A stretch of DNA of 64,000 bases from contig JBBDRF010000088.1 of assembly GCA_040905565.1 (NCBI GenBank), positions 1 to 64,000 of the forward strand. The letters are read 5' to 3'. The DNA is from Phycisphaeraceae bacterium. GTDB taxonomy: Bacteria; Planctomycetota; Phycisphaerae; Phycisphaerales; Zrk34. The stretch's first letter is position 1, and every line of letters starts with the position of its first letter. The translations under genes were made by a program, and so were the position numbers. Below, in pieces: positions 9,069-20,200 of this stretch. The notes beneath the pieces are model-generated. The model ran no database searches, was not told the DNA's origin, and saw only the letters and a program-made list of their open reading frames with translations.

Positions 9069-11285
9069 TTAAGGGAGAGGCAGTTTCATTATACATTCCA
9101 TGCCTTCATTGGCGAAGTCGAAGTGGACACTGCCTTGAAGTTCGTAGCTGATGAGGCCCTCGATCAGTTGCATGCCGGTCCCCGGGCGGTTGATTTTGCC
9201 TGGTGTAGAGCCGTGCTCGCGCCACTCAATTTCGATGCCCTGCTCGCTGTGCTGCCAAGTGATGCGGACCTCGCCGCGGGGCGTGGACAGTCCGCCGTAC
9301 TTCATGGCGTTGGTGGCCAGTTCGTGTAGCGAGAGGCTGATGGGCAGTGCGGCGCGGGCGGGGAGTTTGGTGACAGGGCCCGCGGTTTTGATCTGTTCGA
9401 CGCGGCCCTGCAGGTAGGGAGCGAGAACCATTTGAACGATATCGTCGAGGTTGACGCCGTCCCATCTGGTGCGGGCGAGGGCTTCGTGCGTTCGGGACAT
9501 GGCGTGGAGACGGCCGATGAACGACTGGCGGAAATCGTCGACGCTCTGCTTGCGTGCGAACTGCTGCTGGGCGAGGGCGAGGACGGTGGCGAGCGTGTTT
9601 TTGACGCGATGGTCGAGCTCGTCGACGAGGAGTTTCTGCCTGCGTTCGCTTCGCTTGCGGTCGGTGATGTCGATGCAGGAGCCGATGAATCCCGCGAAGA
9701 TGCCATCGTCGTCGTGCAGCGGCACGGCATGAACGAGAATCCAGCGGTAGACGCCGTCGTGGCGACGGAGTCGATACTCGATGCGAAACTGCTGGCGGCG
9801 GGTGAGTGCGGCGGCGTGTTGATCGACCACCATCTGGTAATCTTCGGGATGGATGCCCGAGGCCCAGCCGCTGCCGGCTTCTTGTTCGAGGGATCGGCCA
9901 CGGAATGCGAGCCAGCCCCAGTTGAAGTACGTGCTTTCGCCGTCGGGCCCACTGAGCCAGATCAATACGGGGGCGGCATCGGCAAGCCTGCGGAAGCGTT
10001 GCTCGCTTTCGCGAAGGGCACGCTCGATGCGGACGCGCTTGGTGACGTTGCGGAGGAAGGCCTGCACGGCGGGCTTGCCGTGGTAGGTGCATGGGGAGGA
10101 GGTGACTTCGACGTCGACCTGACCGCCGTCGAGCCGGATCATGCGCTCGCGGATGAGCGGCGCCGGTTTGCCGCTGCCGTGCATCGCTCTGATGCGCTGC
10201 CTGACTGTCTCGTGGAATGCGGGGTCAACGAACTCAAGCGGGGAGCGGCCGATGGCTTCGGCGGGATCGTTCATGTTCAGCAACTGAGCGTACGCGCGGT
10301 TAGCGAGGACGATCTTGTCGTCCTGCACAACCAACAGGGCATCGGGTGCGTTCTCAATGAGGGAGCGGTAGCGGCCTTCGCTTTCCCGCACGGTGCGTTC
10401 GATGTGTTTATTTCGGGTGATGTCGGTGGCGGTGCCGATCATCTTCAGCGGTCGGTTGCGGGCGTCGCGCAGCAGGACGGCCTGCTCGAGGAAGGTGGCC
10501 TGGGAGGCATCGCTGCGGATGAGGCGGTACTCATGTTGCCACTGCGTCTCGGTGCCGTGCAGAAATATGACCAGCGCCTGCTCGAGGCTGCTGCGGTCGT
10601 CGGGATGGGCGTGCCGATGCCATTGCGTCATGGTGGTGCCCATCTGGACGTGGTCGTACCCGAGGCGTTCGCGCACCGGGCCGGTCCAGATGATGCGGTC
10701 TTGCCGGATGTCCCACTCCCAGGTGATCTGGTCGATCGCCTGCGTAAGCAGCGAGAAACGGTGATCGCTTTCGGCAAGGGCCTCGGCAATCAGCACGCGC
10801 TCCGTGACGTTTTCGTGAACGATCAGCACGAGCGTGCGATCGGCATAGGCGACGCGGCTGCCACGAAATTCGCACCAGTGTCGTTCGCTGGACGTGTGGC
10901 AGGCGTAGCGATGTGTGTAGCGAGAACGCTCGCCGGTCAGCAGGGTATGAATCGCTTCGGCGGCTTCGACGATCTCACCTTGCCTGGCGGAGTCGCGGGC
11001 CTGGCGTGGATCGGAGGTCCAGCGTTCCGCGAGGTCGGCCAGCCAGTCGGCGTAGCATTCGCCTGGGGCCGCATCGACTGGGATGAGCGGGTTCACGCGG
11101 TGGGGCGAGCGCCAGGCTGAGTTGCATGCGAGGATACAGCCGGCTTCATCGAGCAGTGCTGCCGGTGCAGCGAGCGCTTGAAGCACGGCGAACATGCCGT
11201 CGTATTCGGCCTCGATGGCTGCGGTTTGGGAGGGGCGATGATCGTCGGCGGCTGCAGACCACAGAACACCTGTCACGCTGATCAT
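9069..11285 (-). CDS. Multi-PAS HWE-type sensor histidine kinase
   Basis: Several PAS/PAC units; ELDHRVKNTLA H-box, LHELATNAMKYG N-box, WRE; start uncertain (up to 11366). Confidence 0.88.
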   Translation of the reverse strand: MISVTGVLWSAAADDHRPSQTAAIEAEYDGMFAVLQALAAPAALLDEAGCILACNSAWRSPHRVNPLIPVDAAPGECYADWLADLAERWTSDPRQARDSARQGEIVEAAEAIHTLLTGERSRYTHRYACHTSSERHWCEFRGSRVAYADRTLVLIVHENVTERVLIAEALAESDHRFSLLTQAIDQITWEWDIRQDRIIWTGPVRERLGYDHVQMGTTMTQWHRHAHPDDRSSLEQALVIFLHGTETQWQHEYRLIRSDASQATFLEQAVLLRDARNRPLKMIGTATDITRNKHIERTVRESEGRYRSLIENAPDALLVVQDDKIVLANRAYAQLLNMNDPAEAIGRSPLEFVDPAFHETVRQRIRAMHGSGKPAPLIRERMIRLDGGQVDVEVTSSPCTYHGKPAVQAFLRNVTKRVRIERALRESEQRFRRLADAAPVLIWLSGPDGESTYFNWGWLAFRGRSLEQEAGSGWASGIHPEDYQMVVDQHAAALTRRQQFRIEYRLRRHDGVYRWILVHAVPLHDDDGIFAGFIGSCIDITDRKRSERRQKLLVDELDHRVKNTLATVLALAQQQFARKQSVDDFRQSFIGRLHAMSRTHEALARTRWDGVNLDDIVQMVLAPYLQGRVEQIKTAGPVTKLPARAALPISLSLHELATNAMKYGGLSTPRGEVRITWQHSEQGIEIEWREHGSTPGKINRPGTGMQLIEGLISYELQGSVHFDFANEGMECIMKLPLP

Positions 11286-11432
11286 TCCGCCCAAAATGAT
11301 CCACGTTTGATGATCAATCGCGGAGACAGCGCTGAGGTCTATCACATTAAGCGATGATATGACCAAAGCCGGAGAATGTCACGCGCTATCTGGCGGTGAC
11401 CCATTTGCTATACGCATGATCTGAAGGGGCAG

Positions 11433-13796
11433 TTACAGCAGCGTCACGGGGTCGACGTCCACCGCCATATGCGTGTCGGAGCGGAGGTGGCCCCAGGCGC
11501 GCACCTTTACGAGAACGGCCTGAAGGCGAGCGGCATCCGGAGCCATGACCTCAACCTGCTCGCGAAAGTAATCGCCGATGCGTGCGATGGGGGCGGGCAT
11601 CGGGCCTATCACCTCAGCGTCCGGCGCGGCCTCCGCGGCGGCGGTGCGCAAGGCCTCGGCGATCTGCTGGCCGGCCTGCTGGGCGCGCTCGTGATTCATG
11701 TCACGGCAGACGATGCGCGCCATGCGCGTGATCGGCGGCAGGTGCGCATGCTGACGCATCTCCAGTTCCTGGTGGGCGAACGTGAGATAATCGTGCTTGG
11801 CTGCGAGTTCGATGGCGGGATGGTCGGGCGTGAACGTCTGCACGATGACGACGCCGCCGCCGTCACTGCGCCCGCTTCGGCCGGCGACCTGGCACACAAG
11901 CTGAAACGCGCGCTCGCTGGCGCGGAAGTCGGGCAGCGAGAGCGCGGTGTCGGCACTGATCACGCCGACGAGCTTCACGTTGGGAAAGTCGAGCCCCTTG
12001 GCGATCATCTGCGTGCCGATGAGCAGTTGCAGCTCGCCGCGGCCGAAGGCGGAGAGGGCCCGTTCGTAGTCCTTCGCGGTGCGCATGGCGTCGGAATCCA
12101 TGCGAACGAACTTGATGTCAGCGAAGCGTTTCTCGATCTCGCGCTCAACACGCTGCGTGCCGAGGCCGAAGACGGTGACGTTTTTCCCGCAGGTGGGGCA
12201 GCTGCTCGGCAGAAGGTTTTCGAAGCTGCAGTAGTGGCATCGGACGACGCCGCCGGTGGGCAGATTTTTGTTCAGGTGGTAGACCATCTGGACGTCGCAA
12301 TGGTTGCAGCTCATGACCCAGCCGCAGCGCTGGTCGGGGCAGGCGATGTAGTTGGCGTAGCCGCGGCGGTTGAGCAGAAGCATGGCCTGTTGCCCGGCGT
12401 CGAAGGTGCGGCGCAGCGCCTGTTCGAGGGCACGGCTGAGCAGGCCGCCGCCTGAGCTGACGTTGTCACGAATCTTCCGGTCACGCATCAGGTCGACGAT
12501 CTGCACACGCGGCAGCGGGATATCACGCACCCGGTTGGGCAGGCTGACGAGGTTGTAGCTGCGGCGCACTTTGGCGTTGTAGAAGCTTTCAAGCGACGGC
12601 GTGGCCGAGCCTAGCACGACGGTGGCCTGGCGCATCTGGGCGCGTTTGATGGCGACATCGCGGGCGTGGTAGCGCGGGGCCTGGTCCTGCTTATAGGAGT
12701 TGTCGTGTTCCTCGTCGACGATGATGATGCCCAGGTCTTCCATCGGGGCGAACACAGCCGAACGTGCCCCGACGACCACCTGCGCCCAGCCCGATTCAAT
12801 GAGCGCCCACTGCTCATGGCGCTGAGCGGCAGTGAGGCCCGAATGCAAAACGGCGACGTTCTTGAACCGGCCGATGAAACGGCCGACGGTCTGAGGCGTG
12901 AGGGCAATCTCGGGCACAAGCACAATCGCCCGCTTGCCTGCTTCGACGAACGGTTCGATGGCGCGAATGTAGACTTCGGTTTTGCCGCTGCCGGTGACGC
13001 CGTGGAGCAGATGGACGGCAAACTGGCCCGCGGTTTCGGTGATGGCGGCCACGGCACGCTTTTGCTCGTCATTGAGCTGAATCGGGCTCACGGGCTGACG
13101 TGCATGTTCGGCCCAGATGGCCTGCACTTCCCGCTTGACGACTTCGCTGAGTAGGCCCTTCGCGACGAGCTGTTTGACGGGGGAAACGCTCTTCGCGCCA
13201 GCGGCATCGGCGAGAGCTTTGGGCAGGATCGGCAGCCGTTTCGCCTCGGCCAGCTTGATCGCCTCGCGGAGAACGTCCGCCTGCCGCTGGCGCAGCCGAT
13301 GCGTTTCGATCACGGATTCCACCGCACTCGGCGCGATCGGATCGTGCAGCTGCACGTACGTCCGGTTCACCAGCCCCGTCCCCTTCTTCACCGCAGCGGG
13401 CAGCACGGAACCCAGCACGATGCCCAACGGCGTGCAGTAATACCGGCTGATCCACTTGGCGAGATCGACCAGATCGTCAGCAAGATTCACCGTCGCGGCA
13501 TCGCGGGCGGCGATGGGTTTGAGTTTGCCGGGGTCCAGCTCGCAGGTGTCGCTGATGCTCAGGACGTACCCGCCGACCGGCCGATTCCTGCGACCCAGCG
13601 GCACCATCACGCGATCGCCCACTCGCAACGCCATCTTCGCGGGGACCAGATACGTCAGGCCGTCGGGCTTCTCCAGCCCCTGCTCGAGCGCCACCTGGGC
13701 GTACCGCCTCGGCCCGGCCTCCGGCTCGTCGGGGGGGCGGTGTTGCGGGGGCAAAGGCTCGCCGAACAGGTCACGCATCCGCAGAGTATCCGCCAA
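11433..13796 (-). CDS. priA: Primosomal protein N'
   Basis: HGVTGSGKTEVY, VPEIALTPQ, DEEHD..YKQ, LNRRGY, Cys-rich region, GTQMIAKGLDFP, QVAGRSGR. Confidence 0.97.
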   Translation of the reverse strand: MADTLRMRDLFGEPLPPQHRPPDEPEAGPRRYAQVALEQGLEKPDGLTYLVPAKMALRVGDRVMVPLGRRNRPVGGYVLSISDTCELDPGKLKPIAARDAATVNLADDLVDLAKWISRYYCTPLGIVLGSVLPAAVKKGTGLVNRTYVQLHDPIAPSAVESVIETHRLRQRQADVLREAIKLAEAKRLPILPKALADAAGAKSVSPVKQLVAKGLLSEVVKREVQAIWAEHARQPVSPIQLNDEQKRAVAAITETAGQFAVHLLHGVTGSGKTEVYIRAIEPFVEAGKRAIVLVPEIALTPQTVGRFIGRFKNVAVLHSGLTAAQRHEQWALIESGWAQVVVGARSAVFAPMEDLGIIIVDEEHDNSYKQDQAPRYHARDVAIKRAQMRQATVVLGSATPSLESFYNAKVRRSYNLVSLPNRVRDIPLPRVQIVDLMRDRKIRDNVSSGGGLLSRALEQALRRTFDAGQQAMLLLNRRGYANYIACPDQRCGWVMSCNHCDVQMVYHLNKNLPTGGVVRCHYCSFENLLPSSCPTCGKNVTVFGLGTQRVEREIEKRFADIKFVRMDSDAMRTAKDYERALSAFGRGELQLLIGTQMIAKGLDFPNVKLVGVISADTALSLPDFRASERAFQLVCQVAGRSGRSDGGGVVIVQTFTPDHPAIELAAKHDYLTFAHQELEMRQHAHLPPITRMARIVCRDMNHERAQQAGQQIAEALRTAAAEAAPDAEVIGPMPAPIARIGDYFREQVEVMAPDAARLQAVLVKVRAWGHLRSDTHMAVDVDPVTLL

Positions 13797-13841
13797 CGGA
13801 CCCGGCGATTCAAACCGGCGGATACGCGACGGAGCCTGTTG

Positions 13842-14891
13842 TCAGACATCCGGCCCTTCGTTATTGCGTTCGGCGGCCTGGTCACCCATGCGGGTTAACA
13901 GCGACGGCGCCCAGCCTGACCTGCTCTCGAAGCCGGTGTGGCTGGTCGTCTCACGCTCAGCGGTCGGGCTCGGCAACATGCGGTTAACGCGGGCAGCGAT
14001 CCAGGCCACAAGCGACGGGGCTGTTTCGTTGGCGACGGCGAGGAGACGCGCCTGTGGGGTGATGTATAGGGCCGGGGCACGGCGGCGCGCAGCTTCGATG
14101 ATCTGCTTCGCCGCCCGATCAACGCCGATCGCCACGCCAGGCAGAGCGTCGCCGATGGCGAACCACGCGTGTTCTTTGCGATGCTTACCCTTGAACAGGG
14201 CGTGGCCTGGCGAGCCGGTCCGCATGAGTCCGGGGATCACGGTGGTGACGTGGATGTTGTAGCGTTTGAGTTCTGCCCGGGTACCATCGGACAAGCCGAC
14301 TTCCGCGAACTTGCCGACGGTGTAGGGTAGCAGGTGCGGGATGGCGACCTTGCCGCCGATGGAGCAGATGTTGACGATGCGAGCTTCGGGGCGTCGCTGT
14401 AGATGAGGCAGGGCACGTGTGATCACCCGAAGCGGCGCCCATGCGTAAAGCTCGATCGCCTGGGCGTAATCCTTCTCGGTCATGTGTTCCATGGGCCCGA
14501 CCTGAATGACGCCTGCGTTGTTGATGACCATGTCGAGGCCGCCGAGATCGTCGGCGATGCGGTCAACGGCCCGGCGAAGCTGATCGGCATCACGCAGGTC
14601 GCAAGGAACGGTCGCCACATGAGCCCCGGCCTCGCGGAGCTCCTCAGCTGCACGTTCGAGTTCGTCAGCATCGCGCGCCAACAGGCCGAGCCGTGCCCCT
14701 TCGCGCGCCAGACGCCTGGCGAGAACCAGGCCGAGCCCGCGCGAGCCGCCTGTGATCAGCACGCCTCTTTCGCGGAAGGTGTACCGCCGTTGGCCCTGAT
14801 CGGCGAACCAGCGCCATCCCACGAACGCCCCGGCTGCGAGGGCCGTCGCTGCCGCGACGCCCAGCGACCATCGATAAGTTCTGCCCGCCAT
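13842..14891 (-). CDS. SDR-family NAD(P)-dependent oxidoreductase with an N-terminal TM segment
   Basis: ITGGSRGLG, NNAG, YTVGK catalytic motif. Confidence 0.9.
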   Translation of the reverse strand: MAGRTYRWSLGVAAATALAAGAFVGWRWFADQGQRRYTFRERGVLITGGSRGLGLVLARRLAREGARLGLLARDADELERAAEELREAGAHVATVPCDLRDADQLRRAVDRIADDLGGLDMVINNAGVIQVGPMEHMTEKDYAQAIELYAWAPLRVITRALPHLQRRPEARIVNICSIGGKVAIPHLLPYTVGKFAEVGLSDGTRAELKRYNIHVTTVIPGLMRTGSPGHALFKGKHRKEHAWFAIGDALPGVAIGVDRAAKQIIEAARRRAPALYITPQARLLAVANETAPSLVAWIAARVNRMLPSPTAERETTSHTGFESRSGWAPSLLTRMGDQAAERNNEGPDV

Positions 14892-15062
14892 GCTGTCCCC
14901 CAATCTGTTTGCGCACTGTAGCGACGCCTCAGCGGGCACCGGCCCCGGAGCTTCCCGATTCGCCAGCGGGAAAAAACTTTTGGAATGGGTGTCGAGGTTC
15001 TATGCTCGGGCGGGAACTAAAAGGTAGGCGGCCGCTGTAAGCCGGTGGGGGCAGGAGAGTGC

Positions 15063-15620
15063 ATGGCGATCGATCATGATACCATCGTCCGACTTTTAAT
15101 TCGCGACCGCGCGAAGCTGCTGGGGTATATCACCGCGATTGTGCGTGAAGATCATGCTGCCGATGATGTGTACCAGGAGGTTTGCATTTTGGCGATACGT
15201 AAGCGTGACAGCATCGAAAGCGAATCGCACCTGCTCGGCTGGGCCAGGCAGGCGGCGCGATTCACCGCTTTGAAGGTGCTGCGTGCGCGCGGTCGTCGGC
15301 CGGTGCTGCTGGATGGTGATGTGCTCGACCTCATCGAGGATGACTGGGCGGAGCTCGACGGCGTCGCGGCGCTGGAGATGCGTGACACGCTGGCGCACTG
15401 CATGGCGAAGCTTTCCCCGCGTGAACGACGACTGCTCGCGATGCGTTACCAGGACGGGCTCAGCGGCCACACGATGGCGACGACGCTCAATCAGAAGACC
15501 AATTCGATCTACACCGCGATGGGTCGCATCCACCGCAGGTTGGGTGCATGCATGCGGGCACAGATGTTCGACCAGTCGCAAACTCGTGCGTCAGGCAGTC
15601 CGGTAGGGGGTGAGCGATGA
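15063..15620 (+). CDS. ECF RNA polymerase sigma factor
   Basis: Region 2 (AADDVYQEV, W..AR) and region 4 HTH; ATGA overlap with the following FecR-like gene. Confidence 0.88.
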   Translation: MAIDHDTIVRLLIRDRAKLLGYITAIVREDHAADDVYQEVCILAIRKRDSIESESHLLGWARQAARFTALKVLRARGRRPVLLDGDVLDLIEDDWAELDGVAALEMRDTLAHCMAKLSPRERRLLAMRYQDGLSGHTMATTLNQKTNSIYTAMGRIHRRLGACMRAQMFDQSQTRASGSPVGGER

Positions 15621-17224
15621 GCGACAAGCTACCCACGACCGATCAGCGTGAACACGACCGGCTTCTTGGGGCATTCCTCGACGGCGACATCACCGATGCT
15701 GATTTTGCAAAGCTGAACGAGGCCCTACGGCAGAACGCGGCATTGCGTGCGGCGCTCGTCAACAGCAGCATTCAGGCCGTCATGATGCGTGAGCAGGCGG
15801 GGACCGAAGCCGAGGCAGCACACCTGCCGACGACCCGGGCGGCGCACGCGCGGTGGAGGGGCTGGGCATGGGCGGCCGCGATCGTACTGCTCCTGATTCC
15901 GGGCGCGTTGGTGGTGAACCTGATGATGCAGCGGGAGGATGGGCCCAACCGGCAGCAGGCGACGGCGCAGGCCGAAGCCGGTCGGCTGGTGAGTTCGCGC
16001 GAAGCCCAGTGGGACGGGGCGATGGCGGAGGACGACGGGCGCATCGTGATGCATCAACCGTTGAGGCTGCGAAGCGGGTCGGCGGTGCTGGAGACGATCC
16101 ACGGCGTGCAGCTGCTGCTGAGCGGAAAAGCGGAGATGGTCATGACCGATGCCGCGCTGGCGGAGCTTCAGCAGGGCCAGCTCGCGGTCGATGTTCCCAA
16201 GCGCTCAGGCGATGAAGCCGACGGCGGGGGCTACACTGTCGTAACGCCCAACGCACGGGTGGTAAGTCTGTCCACGGCGTTCGGCGTGGAGGTGACGGAC
16301 GACGGTGAGACGCAGGTTCACGTTTTTGAGGGGAAAGTTCATGTGGTGGACCTTGATGCTGATGCTGCTCCGCGTCCTGTCGGGAAGACGGTGGCGCACG
16401 GTGAGGCTGTTCGTGTTGGTCGCGGTGGCGTTGTGGCAGTGGCGCACGAGCCGAGCCGCTTCACGCCAGCCGAGCCGAGCAAACGCCTGAATGTTGGTGC
16501 CGATTACGTCGCGGCAGTCCTCGACAAAGAGCCGCTCGCCTACTGGCGCTTCGAGACGACGGCTCGCGGCCTCATCCGTAATGAAGCCAGCGATCGGCAC
16601 CATGCCTGGCCGGTGGGCGGGCTCACGTCTGACGGTCCCGCAGGGTCGCGCGTCGGGCGGTTCAACGCGCCGGTCGGCGAGCGTTATCTGTTCGTTGACG
16701 AACGCCTGACCGGGCTCGTCGGCAGCGATTACACCATTGAACTGTGGGTCAAGCCCGAGCAGCGCCAGCATGCGACACTGATCAATCTCAGCGGCAACGC
16801 CGAGGCGTTCGATGCCGAGGCTCTCGAGCATGCCGTCGTCATCGAGCTATGGCCCGACGACCGCGGCGTTCGGTTCCTCCACCGTTCACCGGCGGGGCAC
16901 AGCGGGGGCACCGATGTTTTTTCGAATGAGCCTTACCCGCTCAATGTGTGGCAGCACGTTGTTGCGACGAAGGCCGGAGGCCGAATGATGGTTTACCTCA
17001 ACGGCGAATTGGCGGCGGAGGGGCGTGACGAAACGACCATGCCGGTTGATCCGTTCGTTTCGATCGGTCGGCTGACGCTGCCGCGCGAGCAGGATCAGTC
17101 GAGGCGAAATATCGTCGGCAGCATGAGCGACGTGGCCGTTTACGATCGGGCCCTTTCGGCAAGCGAGATCCAGCAGCATTATCAACTGATTCACCGAGCA
17201 CAGCAGACGGAAGGCGACCAATGA
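15617..17224 (+). CDS. FecR-domain putative anti-sigma factor with a C-terminal LamG-like domain
   Basis: N-terminal anti-sigma-like helices, one TM, FecR motif (TAFGVEV..THVFEGKV-like), PLAYWRF, YTIELWVKP, WQHVVA, YDRALS. Confidence 0.85.
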   Translation: MSDKLPTTDQREHDRLLGAFLDGDITDADFAKLNEALRQNAALRAALVNSSIQAVMMREQAGTEAEAAHLPTTRAAHARWRGWAWAAAIVLLLIPGALVVNLMMQREDGPNRQQATAQAEAGRLVSSREAQWDGAMAEDDGRIVMHQPLRLRSGSAVLETIHGVQLLLSGKAEMVMTDAALAELQQGQLAVDVPKRSGDEADGGGYTVVTPNARVVSLSTAFGVEVTDDGETQVHVFEGKVHVVDLDADAAPRPVGKTVAHGEAVRVGRGGVVAVAHEPSRFTPAEPSKRLNVGADYVAAVLDKEPLAYWRFETTARGLIRNEASDRHHAWPVGGLTSDGPAGSRVGRFNAPVGERYLFVDERLTGLVGSDYTIELWVKPEQRQHATLINLSGNAEAFDAEALEHAVVIELWPDDRGVRFLHRSPAGHSGGTDVFSNEPYPLNVWQHVVATKAGGRMMVYLNGELAAEGRDETTMPVDPFVSIGRLTLPREQDQSRRNIVGSMSDVAVYDRALSASEIQQHYQLIHRAQQTEGDQ

Positions 17225-20200
17225 TGCCGCACCGACCGACGCGCCACCTGATGACGTTCACCGCCGCTTTCGCCGCGGCCGTCCTGATGCTGGCAATGGC
17301 CGGCGACCCGGCCTCTGCCGCGGTGGACTTCCAACGCGACATCGAGCCGATTCTCGCGGAGAACTGTTACGACTGTCACGGCGACCGCCGGCAGCGGGGC
17401 GGGCTTCGGCTCGATTATCGCAACCTCGCGCTGCTCGGCGGCGACAGCGGCGCTGCAGTGGAAGCAGGCAACCCAGACCACAGTCGACTCATCACCCGCG
17501 TCGTCGGCGGCGATGACGAAGCCGAGCGGATGCCGCCGGATGGGCCGTATCTCGATGAGGAAGAAGTCGAACTGCTGCGTGCGTGGATCGACGAGGGTGC
17601 CGCCTATCCCGAAGCGCGTATGCAGAGCCCCCGCCGGCAGAGCGAGCATTGGTCGTTCCAGCCGATTGCCGATCCAGAGTTGCCCCAGGTGGACCACGCG
17701 GACTGGGTGAAGAATTCCGTCGATCGCTTCGTGCTGGCGAAGCTCGAGGAGGCGGGCGTGAGGCCTTCGGAGGAGGCAGATCGTTATACGTTGATTCGTC
17801 GGCTGAGTCTGGATCTGACTGGCCTGCCGCCGACGGTGGAGGAGGTCGAAGCGTTCGTGAACGACCGTTCGGAGAACGCTTACGAAAGGGTGGTCGATCG
17901 CCTGCTCGCGTCGCCGCACTACGGCGAGCGGTGGGGGCGGCACTGGCTTGATGAAGCCCGTTATGCCGACTCGGACGGGTACTCGATCGACGGCCCGCGT
18001 CAGATCTGGCTGTACCGGGACTGGGTGATCAACGCGATCAATGCCGACATGCCGTTCGATCAGTTCACGGTTGAACAGCTGGCCGGCGACCTGCTTGAAA
18101 ATCCGACGCCGGATCAGCTCGTGGCCACGGGGTTCCATCGCAACACGCTGGTGAATCAGGAAGGTGGTTCAGATGCGGAACAGTTCCGCGTGGAGTCGGT
18201 CGTCGACCGCGCCAATACGACCGGAGCGGTCTGGCTGGGGCTGACGATGGCGTGCGCGGAGTGTCATACGCACAAGTTCGACCCGATCACGCAGCGGGAA
18301 TACTTTCAGCTGTACGCGTTCTTCAACGGCGGGGCGGACAAGAATTCGCATCAGCCGACGATGAAGGCGCCGACGGCGGCGCAGCAGCGTGAGCTGGCGT
18401 CGATCAAGGCAGAGAGGGAGCAGCTGCAAGCGGCGCTGACGGCATACGATGCCGAGGTCGGCAACCGGCAGGCGGATTGGGAAGCGACGCTTAATGGTGC
18501 GACCCGCTGGCAGGACGTGGCGGTGGTGGCGATCGATTCCGAGGCCGGCGCGAGTTTTGAAACACTGGACGACGGCACGCTGCTGGCCTCAGGTAACAAC
18601 GGCGACAGCGATGTGTACACCCTCACGCTCCGCGGCCCGGTCGAGCAGATCACCGCCATCCGGCTGGAAACGCTGACGCATGAGAGCCTGCCTCGCAACG
18701 GCCCGGGTCGTGCGGGCAACGGCAACTTCGTGCTCAACGGCTTCGAGGTGAACGACTCCAGGGGCGAGGCGGTCAATCTGGTCGGCGCTGAAGCGGACCA
18801 TTCGCAGCCGGACTATCACATCAGTGCAGCGATCGACGGGAGCATCGACACGGGCTGGGCGATCAATGTGCCGGGCGGGAACATGAACGTGGATCGCACG
18901 GCCGTGTTCCGTCTCGCGGAGCCGATCCAGATAGGCGAGGACACCTGGCAGGTGGTCATGCGGTTCGGCCCTCAGCCTGCGGGCTACCAGATTGGACGTT
19001 TTCGTCTTCAGGCGACCGATGCGGCGACACCGCTCGGCCCGGAGACGCAACAGGCCGCGGAGATTGCCGCCATCGACCCCGACGATCGCACCGAAGCGCA
19101 GCGGCAGATGATGGCGCGGGCGTTCGCTTCCTCCGACTCACGCCGGGCCGAGTTGACGCAGGATATTGAGCGGCTCGACGCGCAGCGGGATCAGATCCGC
19201 AACGCGGTGCCGAGCACGCTGGTGATGCGGGAGCTTGATGAGCCTCGGCCGTCGCATGTGCATGTGCGTGGCGATTTCCTGCGGAAGGGCGAGGCTGTAG
19301 AGCCAGGCACGCCCGAGGTTCTTCCGCCGCTCGAGGTGGAGGACGACCGCCGGGCGACGCGGCTGGATCTGGCGAAGTGGCTGGTCGATCGTGAGAATCC
19401 GCTCACCGCTCGCGTCCGGGTGAACCGAATCTGGATGCACTATTTCGGCAAAGGTCTGGTCGAAACGGAGAACGACTTCGGGCTGCAGGGCACGCCTCCG
19501 ACGCACCCGGAACTGCTTAATTGGTTGGCAATTTTCTTCATGGACAACGACTGGTCGATGAAGGCACTCCATCGCAAGATTGTGACTTCTGCCACCTACC
19601 GCCAAAGCTCGACCGCCCGTCCGGAGCTAGCCGAGATCGACCCGCTGAACAAGCTGTTGGGGAGGCAGGAGCGCGTGCGCGTTGAAGCGGAGATCGTTCG
19701 GGATCAGGCGCTGGTGGCGAGTGGAATGCTTACGACGCAAATCGGTGGGCCGAGCGTTCATCCGCCGCAGGCGGACGGCGTGTACGCGTTCACGCAGAAT
19801 CGGCGTCAGTGGCCGGAGAGCAAGGGGGACGATCGCTATCGGCGGACGATGTACACCTTCTTCTACCGCAGTGCACCGTACCCGCTGCTGAGTACGTTCG
19901 ATGCGCCGAACTTCAATACGACGTGCACGGCCCGGGCGCGATCGAACACGCCGCTTCAGTCGCTCACGGTCGCCAATTCGCAGGCGATATACGAACTGGC
20001 GCAGGCGATGGGCGGTCGGGTGCTGCGAGAACACGATGAGCAGGCGACCGATCGTGAGCGCATCACAAGTGCGTTCCGGTGGGCCGTCGCCCGCCCTCCG
20101 ACAGGGGAGGAACTGGCGAGGCTGCATTCTTTCGTCCGCCATCAACGTGATGCGTTCGAGGCCGACCCGGAAGCCGCGAAGGAAGTCGCCGAAGCGGGGC

